Shown in pieces: positions 37,484-44,543 of a DNA stretch of 51,076 bases. This DNA is from Candidatus Yanofskybacteria bacterium (lineage in GTDB: Bacteria > Patescibacteriota > Minisyncoccia > 2-02-FULL-40-12 > GWA2-44-9): the NCBI GenBank assembly GCA_003514055.1, contig DOSG01000008.1, forward strand, positions 208,087 through 259,162. The letters run 5' to 3'. The position numbers were made by a program, and so were the translations under genes. The notes beneath the pieces were generated by a model. The model saw only the letters and a program-made list of their open reading frames with translations, was not told where the DNA came from and did no database searches. Each line of letters starts with the position of its first letter. Position 1 is the stretch's first letter.

Positions 37484-40400
37484 CTAGATAGATAGTGACT
37501 GGCTAGTACCAATCGTCTGTATTAAGTAGTCGTTCATCCAATCATCCGTTGAAGTCGAGTGGGTAACAGCTGAGCTGTCAGACCATACAACTGAAGGCGA
37601 TGTAGAAGATAGAGTACTTCTTACGACCACAGCGTCATCCGTGATAGCTGAGCTAGACGGGTTAGCTATAGACGTAACGATTGATGCAGGAGCTACTGGG
37701 ACCGCAGTGACATCCACCTGCAACCTGTAAACGTGACCAATTGAATCAATCGGTCTCTCGTTAGTGAAGGTAAATGCTACCTGTCCGGTTCCAACTGCGA
37801 CTAGATCTAGATCAGCACTGGCGCTAGCGATAGAAGTCAAGCTGCTAATGTCTACGCCATCTTCGAAAAGTCTGTAGTCAGCGCTTAAAGCAGAAGAACC
37901 TCCTCCGATTTGGACGTTAACGGACTTAGCGATAGTGAATACTAATCTGTCTAGGTATACCGCCTGACTTCCAGATGAGGTTACCTTCGTTTGGAAGATA
38001 TCCTTCGCACCGGTTGCTAGGCTAGAACTCGATAAGGCTTGGTTAGCGAATACCGGGTAAGCAGTGTGGGAGATGATCGAATTACCGGTATAAGTTGCCG
38101 TAGCATAACCATTTGCGGTAGTTATGGTTCCAGAACTGTTGCGATATTTCAACCCATCCAATCTCACGATTACTAAACCTCCAGTATCGTTACGGCTAAT
38201 ACCAACATCTGCTAGCTGAACGGAAACTGTAAATGTCTGCTTTCCATCGGTCTGAGCTAACACCTTATTAACGCCAACGAAGGATGCTGATCCGGTTGTT
38301 GGGTTAACGGTGGCAGAACTCAACAAGACACCATTTCCATCCTTGAGCAATAGATTCGCTATTGCGCCAGATGAAGAAGCTGCTGTGCTTGAAAGATCTA
38401 CATAGACCTCATCAAGAGTGTAGTCGTCATAGGCTGGTTGGAGTGTAAACGAATATGCATTTACTGTATCTCCGCCCTTAGCTAACCTACTACCCGCGAT
38501 CGAACCGTTAGCCTTGGTTAATGAACCAGCGGCATAAGTAACGGTCTGACCATTAACACCAGTAGCAGTTGATGTGGTGCTAGAACCGGTAGTTATACCG
38601 ACTGCATCCATCTCAAAGTTCATATAACCAGCTGCGACTGTTGAAGTTAAGTTTGACCAAACCTCAACCTGGTAGGTCTTGTTCTTAGGCATCGTGAAGT
38701 TGACCGAGTAGCTGTTACTTGCAGTATCAGACAAGGTCGTCTTGACTGGCGATGTGTAAACCAATGTTCCAGCATCGTTGTAAACCTTCAAATAAGTATC
38801 CGACAAGTTCGAGGCTTTCATTGTGCTACCGCTGTTATCAGAATCCAAGTTAATCGTATTGACGCTTAGGTCTTCTGACGAAGCTGCTGCCAATGTGAAG
38901 TGGCCCATCTTGAAGTTATTCTTCGGAGCCACAACTGACTGGTTAGCATATCCACTGTACTTACCAGCTGAGAAAGAGCCGGTCTTTACGGTAACGCTGT
39001 TGCCAGTCTTTGCTGTGATATCAGTATAGTCCAAAGAAGTCATTCTCTGAACTGTACCTGTGGTTGCAACAATATTCGCAACGATTGTGTCGTTAGCGGC
39101 TGTATTGTCTGTACCATCGGCATCGTAGACGTCAGCTCTGACCTCCAACATTTTTGGAGTGCCTGGCGTGACTATGAACGATGAACCAAATGTGTATTCG
39201 GTGAAGACGGTTGACCAGCTATCTTCATTTAGGCTCTTAGTCGAACCGATCTGGACACCATCCAAAAAGATAGCTCCATTTCTTAATTGTCCAACATTCG
39301 AAGCTGCTGTCGATCCGCCATTACTGCTGGTGAAGCTATACTTCATGCTCTCAACTTTCATCTTCTCACCAGTAGCTTTGACTTCAAATTTAGCCAAGCT
39401 TACACCGGAAGCTCCCTTAACAACATCTCCCGTAGCTGAGTCGGTAGCCTTTGTAAAGGTAAGGACACCAGCTGCGATAGTCTGCGTTCCAGCGCTAGAA
39501 GCGGTGAAGGTTGTGCTATTGACCTGAGTTAAGATCGGCTGACCATACTGAGTGTCAACAGTGAAGAAATCTGGGGCCTGTCTAACAGATAGGTAGAAAT
39601 TTCTACCAGAACCATTTATGACATCGGCCATAACCTTAACTACTCTTCCACCAGTTTCCAATCTGACTGGAGCGCCAGTTAAGTCAAATAGAACATAACC
39701 ATTGCTGTCAGGTAGAGAAACGGCTGAACCCTTCTGAACTCCATCAACATATAATCTGAAGTTCTGAACATCGCCACTGTTTATTGAACCGATAACTCTG
39801 AACTGAACGCTCATGAGATTAGCAGCTCTAGTGTTAACGGTAACGGTATTCTGCCAAACATTTATGTCTGAGGCAGGGCTCAAGCTTGTGTTAGTAGAAA
39901 CGCCATTGGAAGTTGCCAATGAAACTGTTCCTAATGTTGCATTCGCAGGAGTGAATAAGTTACCAGATACACTCGCATTCATGCCGTTGAATTGAACCAA
40001 CTGCACGCCTACTGTATTACCGGTACTGGTAGCATCCAAATCAGCTCTTACAGAGATGGTCTTTGAACCAGAAACTGTAAATATTCCAACTGAATCGTTG
40101 AAGCTGATAACACCACTTGCTACGCTAGCGGCATCAGTTAATCTCTTTGCGCCATCGTACAAGTAAACATTGGTCAAATCAGTATCGGCTGAAACGCCAA
40201 TTCTGTTGAGTTTCAAGCTGGTGACTGTGCCACTACCAGTGAAGGTAAAGTGAGCTAAGTCTGCAGCAGCCTGACCCTTGACTAATGTTCCGGCAGCCGG
40301 ATTATCAGAGGCTAAGCCAACTGACAAATTCGTGCCTGGCTGGACTGAACCACCTCTTGTGTAAACAGGAATCTGGTTAACTGAGGTGTAGTCTGAACCC

Positions 40401-40885
40401 TTCTGGTACCAGTTGAATTCATTCTGGTTGATGACGAAAACCTTTTTAAAGAAGTTCGGGTCATCGGCAACGGCCTGAGCTCCGGTTGTGTTCACCCAGT
40501 GTAAAACTGCAGTGTCCTCACCAGTTGACTGAAGACCGTAGACCTTCTGATCACCATCGAGTCTGAACAATCCCGATGTCGGGAAAGCATCTCTGGCGAC
40601 AGCTGATACGTTCTTAACGTTGGCGAAACCGCCAAGGTGACCGTAGAAGCTGAAAATGACTGGGTTCAAGAATAATCTCTTGTAGCCCTGTTCATTTACG
40701 ATATAGATGTCCGGATCTGACGAACCAGCAGCACTAATAGTGTTGCCTTCTGTTAGACCGTAGTCTGACGGCATCGCGGCATTCGCTACTGGAGCGAGTA
40801 CTGCGAAACCTGATAACGACAATATAGTCGTTATGGCGGTAAGAGTTGCGACAACTCTCAAAGCCCTTTTCGATAAATTACTCAT
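37484..40885 (-). CDS. Large secreted S-layer-like/cell-surface protein with tandem Ig-like beta domains
   Basis: 1133 aa, signal peptide ending APVANA, Ser/Thr/Gly/Ala/Val-rich, no Cys, repeated beta-sandwich-like segments, own strong terminator. Confidence 0.8.
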   Translation of the reverse strand: MSNLSKRALRVVATLTAITTILSLSGFAVLAPVANAAMPSDYGLTEGNTISAAGSSDPDIYIVNEQGYKRLFLNPVIFSFYGHLGGFANVKNVSAVARDAFPTSGLFRLDGDQKVYGLQSTGEDTAVLHWVNTTGAQAVADDPNFFKKVFVINQNEFNWYQKGSDYTSVNQIPVYTRGGSVQPGTNLSVGLASDNPAAGTLVKGQAAADLAHFTFTGSGTVTSLKLNRIGVSADTDLTNVYLYDGAKRLTDAASVASGVISFNDSVGIFTVSGSKTISVRADLDATSTGNTVGVQLVQFNGMNASVSGNLFTPANATLGTVSLATSNGVSTNTSLSPASDINVWQNTVTVNTRAANLMSVQFRVIGSINSGDVQNFRLYVDGVQKGSAVSLPDSNGYVLFDLTGAPVRLETGGRVVKVMADVINGSGRNFYLSVRQAPDFFTVDTQYGQPILTQVNSTTFTASSAGTQTIAAGVLTFTKATDSATGDVVKGASGVSLAKFEVKATGEKMKVESMKYSFTSSNGGSTAASNVGQLRNGAIFLDGVQIGSTKSLNEDSWSTVFTEYTFGSSFIVTPGTPKMLEVRADVYDADGTDNTAANDTIVANIVATTGTVQRMTSLDYTDITAKTGNSVTVKTGSFSAGKYSGYANQSVVAPKNNFKMGHFTLAAASSEDLSVNTINLDSDNSGSTMKASNLSDTYLKVYNDAGTLVYTSPVKTTLSDTASNSYSVNFTMPKNKTYQVEVWSNLTSTVAAGYMNFEMDAVGITTGSSTTSTATGVNGQTVTYAAGSLTKANGSIAGSRLAKGGDTVNAYSFTLQPAYDDYTLDEVYVDLSSTAASSSGAIANLLLKDGNGVLLSSATVNPTTGSASFVGVNKVLAQTDGKQTFTVSVQLADVGISRNDTGGLVIVRLDGLKYRNSSGTITTANGYATATYTGNSIISHTAYPVFANQALSSSSLATGAKDIFQTKVTSSGSQAVYLDRLVFTIAKSVNVQIGGGSSALSADYRLFEDGVDISSLTSIASASADLDLVAVGTGQVAFTFTNERPIDSIGHVYRLQVDVTAVPVAPASIVTSIANPSSSAITDDAVVVRSTLSSTSPSVVWSDSSAVTHSTSTDDWMNDYLIQTIGTSQSLSI

Positions 40886-41051
40886 TTTATTTTTACTTTT
40901 ACTTTTGTACTGGGCTGTATTATCTATCGCGTTAAGCGAGGATAAATCGACCAGCGACAGAACAAAAGATTTTTATTATCAATTAATTACTCTTCATCCA
41001 TGTAATCTTTCTGTAATTTCTTTAACGACACCTTTACTAAAATAATCTCTT

Positions 41052-41162
41052 TCGAAACTACCCAAGATGTCGACGAGTTCTGCTAAGCCTACTTATACGC
41101 TTTCGCGTGGTGAGATTCATCATGTTTCGACCTAACAAATCTCGGCTAAGTGGCCTATCGAC
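41052..41162 (-). ncRNA. Candidate structured cis-regulatory RNA (multistem with pseudoknot) upstream of the S-layer-like gene
   Basis: Nested stems GTCGAT/GTCGAC, CTTAGCC/GGCTTAG, GAGATTTGTT/GATGAATCTC, an ACGC-GAAA-GCGT hairpin, and loop TCGAAAC complementary to downstream GTTTCGA; no family assignable by eye. Confidence 0.45.
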
Positions 41163-41299
41163 TGCAAAACCCTATATTACTCAATATATTAACTTTCTAT
41201 ACTTGATCTAATTTTCAACGATCATTCCTGATCTGCCCACCTCTACAAATCTATTTGACTTGCAAGGGTGGACGTACCAGCCTTCACATAAACAATAAA

Positions 41300-41318
41300 G
41301 CAGCCAAAACCTGGCTAC
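41300..41318 (-). terminator. Terminator-like hairpin in the upstream region
   Basis: GTAGCCA-GGTTT-TGGCTGC followed by TTTATTGTTT on the minus strand. Confidence 0.45.
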
Positions 41319-41432
41319 CGTGCGTTGTTTTCTGCAAATTTATTGCTCATATTTATAATTGTTTTTGGTTCTATTTTGACCACTTGTTGGCTTAAACCCT
41401 TATTATTATGACTAGTCTACGTGGTCTGTTTA

Positions 41433-41461
41433 ATACTAGCGCAAACTACCTAAAAAGTCAA
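41433..41461 (-). promoter_or_regulatory. Sigma70-type promoter about 550 nt upstream of the S-layer-like gene
   Basis: TTGACT (41461-41456), 17 nt, TAGTAT (41438-41433). Confidence 0.6.
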
Positions 41462-41502
41462 TTGGTTTTCTAATTAATTTTAAGGCAGCTTTTTGGCTCT
41501 TA

Positions 41503-41522
41503 TTGCTCATATTTATGAGCAA
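41503..41522. promoter_or_regulatory. Candidate operator palindrome
   Basis: TTGCTCATA-TT-TATGAGCAA; the 17-mer TTATTGCTCATATTTAT occurs at 41500-41516 and again at 41340-41356. Confidence 0.5.
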
Positions 41523-41617
41523 ACGTACACAACTTCTACTAATGAATAAATTATACTTTTTAAGTTTGGCGGCCACAATAGGCAAATTGTGGATAAACAA
41601 AGGATTTAGGCCGACAA

Positions 41618-42604
41618 TTAAAAACCGGCAGCGCTATTCCTCTGGCCAGGCGTTCCATTAATCGCATTGCCCTTAGAATCAAGGCCATTCTTAATCAATC
41701 CATTGTTCGACCTCCAATTCGATCTATCATTACTAGAAGCTGACGGATCCACTCTTTCCATAGAACTCTTGGTCTCGTTATCTCCGGCAAACCAACCAGA
41801 CGAACAGTTCACCTCGTCTATGATTTGGCCAGCACTATTTACTAACTGGACGGCCTCGCCGCTGTTATTAAGGCCAGCCTTACTGAAGCTAACAGCCAGA
41901 TCAGCCCAAACGTCAGAGATCGTATTGTTGTCGGTCCTTTCTATTAAATAATAACCTCGCGCAGGGATACTCTTTGATAAGCTCAACGTGAAGCCGCCAT
42001 CTGCTGTTTTTAGTGACAATCCCGAAAGACTGACTGCAATTTCGTTTGGGTTGTACAATTCGATCCACTCATCGTTAGTCGCGGCAGAGGTCCCCATCCA
42101 GGCAATTTCATTTATAACGACCGCGCGCGGTGAGGTAGTTAATTCTGGCGCTGGCGTAGCAGATGAAGTAGCAATAGGTGTCGGTGTTGAACTTGGTGTC
42201 AAATTTGGTGTCGGTGAAACTGGAGCTGACGATGGACTTGGCAACGACGCAGATGTTGGCCTTGCAGATGGTGACTGCAATACGACGGGAGCGGGAGTAA
42301 TCACAGGAGACACACCAGCAGTAATAGCCTGAGGACTAGGTGACATTATTGGTGACAAGCTGGGCTTTGGTGACATTATTGGTGACAACTTCGGTGACAC
42401 GAGCTTGTCACCTATCTTGTCACCAATAATATTAGCGGCTAAAGGAGTGTCCGCGCCGCTTAGTGAGTCGACGGAAAAGTAATCGCCGTTATCCGAGTTA
42501 AAATACGTAACTGTTTTTTGAGATAGCAAAAAGACGCCTAAAAGCGCCGCGGCAGAGATGAAGAAAAATAGGAAACGTAGTTTAGACGAATTTTCGTCTT
42601 CCAT
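41618..42604 (-). CDS. Membrane-anchored lamin-tail-domain (LTD) protein
   Basis: VVINEIAWMGT, NDEWIELYN, LNNSGEAVQL, GTPGQRNS motifs; N-terminal TM and Ser/Pro/Thr stalk. Confidence 0.88.
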   Translation of the reverse strand: MEDENSSKLRFLFFFISAAALLGVFLLSQKTVTYFNSDNGDYFSVDSLSGADTPLAANIIGDKIGDKLVSPKLSPIMSPKPSLSPIMSPSPQAITAGVSPVITPAPVVLQSPSARPTSASLPSPSSAPVSPTPNLTPSSTPTPIATSSATPAPELTTSPRAVVINEIAWMGTSAATNDEWIELYNPNEIAVSLSGLSLKTADGGFTLSLSKSIPARGYYLIERTDNNTISDVWADLAVSFSKAGLNNSGEAVQLVNSAGQIIDEVNCSSGWFAGDNETKSSMERVDPSASSNDRSNWRSNNGLIKNGLDSKGNAINGTPGQRNSAAGF

Positions 42605-42638
42605 GTTTTATTCAGTATAGCAGAATAGTGTCGTTCAT

Positions 42639-42686
42639 TAAATACGAAGGGCGCCTTTGAGGCCAAAAAGGCGCCCTTCGTATTTA
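42639..42686 (-). terminator. 20-bp-stem hairpin downstream of the wHTH gene (palindromic element family)
   Basis: TAAATACGAAGGGCGCCTTT-GAGGCCAA-AAAGGCGCCCTTCGTATTTA; a lone right arm AAAGACCGCCATT follows at 42699-42711. Confidence 0.7.
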
Positions 42687-42718
42687 TTTCGCTGACTGAA
42701 AGACCGCCATTGATATTA

Positions 42719-43306
42719 TTAGCTGACTTCGACGGAATAGCGCACCGCCTTATTATCTTCCTTCCTTTGGATAAAACCCTGATCGGTGAGTTCCTTCAGG
42801 CTCCTCTTCACGGTTCTCTCGGATATAAGATTGAATTCTTCGATTACTTGCTTGGTCCTAACGCTTGGGACCTGCTTGATGAATTCGAGTATTCTTTCTT
42901 TCGTAGGAGAAAGATCTTGGTTTGCCTGTCGTTGAATGAGATTCTTTTTCTGCGGTAATTTCTGAGCTGGGACTTTCTTGATCAACTTATCGCCATCACC
43001 TTGCACCTCACTAGCAGATTTAAGAATGTCTAGCTTGAGTCTTAGAAAATTTTTCTTAGCCAAAAGTAGGGGACCAGGAGATACGGTTTTGAGATGCTCT
43101 AGGTAATCAAGAGTTTCTAACATCTTATCAATCGGATTGATTATTCTTTTTACTTGCGACTCCCCTTCGGTTTTTTTATAAACTACGATGAGCTCCGAAA
43201 GATTCAAATACATTTTACGCACAAAGAAAGGATCTTTAGTCCCCGCCATTAACTTTGCCGTAGATACAAGGCATCCAATAAATTTGTTGACTCTATCCTC
43301 TGCCAT
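42719..43306 (-). CDS. Putative transcriptional regulator: helical N-terminal domain plus C-terminal winged HTH (DeoR/ArsR-like)
   Basis: LSPTKERILEFIK...VRTKQVIEEF.LISERTVKRSLKELTDQGFIQRK. Confidence 0.8.
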   Translation of the reverse strand: MAEDRVNKFIGCLVSTAKLMAGTKDPFFVRKMYLNLSELIVVYKKTEGESQVKRIINPIDKMLETLDYLEHLKTVSPGPLLLAKKNFLRLKLDILKSASEVQGDGDKLIKKVPAQKLPQKKNLIQRQANQDLSPTKERILEFIKQVPSVRTKQVIEEFNLISERTVKRSLKELTDQGFIQRKEDNKAVRYSVEVS

Positions 43307-43318
43307 TTGATTGATTAC

Positions 43319-43347
43319 ATTAAAGTAGTTATGAGAAGTTTAGTCAA
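43319..43347 (-). promoter_or_regulatory. Sigma70-type promoter of the wHTH gene
   Basis: TTGACT (43347-43342), 17 nt, TTTAAT (43324-43319); ATG at 43306. Confidence 0.6.
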
Positions 43348-43374
43348 TACGGATGATGGCTACAAGAGGAACAC

Positions 43375-43408
43375 AACGGCGGTCTTTGCCGCCTAAAAGA
43401 CCGCCATT
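43375..43408. repeat. Palindromic element copy B (intergenic)
   Basis: AACGGCGGTCTTT-GCCGCCTA-AAAGACCGCCATT; the single arm change is a G-U pair on the minus strand. Confidence 0.9.
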
Positions 43409-43473
43409 AGCCCGAACGAGAGGTTAGCCATTGCTATTAAGGCAGCAAAAAACGAAGAGTATCTTTTCGTTTT

Positions 43474-43508
43474 ATATAAGAACGCCCCTACAAGGGGCGT
43501 TCTTATAT
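43474..43508 (-). terminator. 16-bp-stem hairpin after the glycoside hydrolase operon
   Basis: ATATAAGAACGCCCCT-ACA-AGGGGCGTTCTTATAT, 15 nt past the stop at 43524. Confidence 0.7.
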
Positions 43509-43523
43509 TCACTTAGATAGTGG

Positions 43524-44543
43524 CTATTTGTTCTCGTAGAGAAGCTTAGCTCGATCCCAATATTCAGGATGGCCATGTTCGCGCATCCAATACCACCATT
43601 CTAAACCCCAAAAATATTGTTGGTCAAAACCAGATCCATTTACTAGAGCGATCATCTCATTGAACTTATCGATGCCCATGCGGTCAAGCAATACTTCCAT
43701 AGGAGCTTCTATGATTGGCTGTAATAACCACGGCTCAGATGATACCTCAATAGCGATCATCGGCTTGGTTCCTAATATCATTTTAACTAAATTCTTTTTC
43801 ATATTGAAAAACCAGGGACCGATAGGATAGCGGAAGGTCAGATCGAATTTACGATTCCAAATATATAGATACTGGCTAGTTCCAAAAACATCTCCGGCCT
43901 GGTAAGCGTTGGCCCAGGTACCGAACTCACCACTATCGGTAACTAGAATTTTTCTTGATGGATCTAGCTTCCTGACTAGCGCAATCTCTTTCTGTAGAAA
44001 CTCTTTATCTAGATCTCCACAATGCATATTACTGAAGAAGGCCAAAAACGGTTCATTCTCGACCTGCCAGTATTTTATATTCTCATAACCCTTGTATCTG
44101 TTTACGACTACCTCAATTATCTCTAAGATTTTCTCTTGTTGTTTATCCTTGGGCAGATCTTTGGCCCATTCAGGGACATGGCATTCTGGCCAGCCGGGAA
44201 GTCGTCGGCCCACAGCCAAGATTACAGATGCATTTCTCTTCTTGGCTTCGTTCATCTGAAAATCTAACTCTTTAAAATTATATTTATCGTCCGCTGGTTC
44301 AGTTAGCGGCCAATGAGCTGAGAAACGGAAATCTCTAACCTTCAACTCGTCCAGTGACGCGAGATAAACTTTCTTCCAGTCTAATTTCAGCTCATCTGAG
44401 TGAAATTTACTAAAAGACGCTCCACGAACAATTTTGTCCGGATCGGGCTTAGAATAATCAAAGGAGAGCAAGAGCAATAGAACAACAATTGCTGCTAATG
44501 TTAAAAATATTTTTGACGATATGATTCTTTTAAATATCTGCAT
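43524..44543 (-). CDS. Membrane-anchored clan GH-A glycoside hydrolase (GH42/GH5-like)
   Basis: GRRLPGWPECHVPEW, WQVENEP (acid/base), TDSGE, IEVSSEPW (nucleophile region), WGLEWWYW. Confidence 0.8.
   Translation of the reverse strand: MQIFKRIISSKIFLTLAAIVVLLLLLSFDYSKPDPDKIVRGASFSKFHSDELKLDWKKVYLASLDELKVRDFRFSAHWPLTEPADDKYNFKELDFQMNEAKKRNASVILAVGRRLPGWPECHVPEWAKDLPKDKQQEKILEIIEVVVNRYKGYENIKYWQVENEPFLAFFSNMHCGDLDKEFLQKEIALVRKLDPSRKILVTDSGEFGTWANAYQAGDVFGTSQYLYIWNRKFDLTFRYPIGPWFFNMKKNLVKMILGTKPMIAIEVSSEPWLLQPIIEAPMEVLLDRMGIDKFNEMIALVNGSGFDQQYFWGLEWWYWMREHGHPEYWDRAKLLYENK

Noticed and set aside
41115-41132. GAAACATGATGAAT resembling the 5' part of a c-di-GMP-II riboswitch or a hammerhead core
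   Set aside because: The remaining conserved elements and pairing partners are absent; kept only as an unassigned structured RNA.
41436-41510. 24-codon minus-strand ORF MSNKSQKAALKLIRKPIDFLGSLR
   Set aside because: It starts in the repeated 17-mer and overlaps the predicted promoter; no coding evidence.
23883-43408. Palindromic repeats as a CRISPR array
   Set aside because: Copies are kilobases apart with no regular 30-40 bp spacers, and no cas genes are present.
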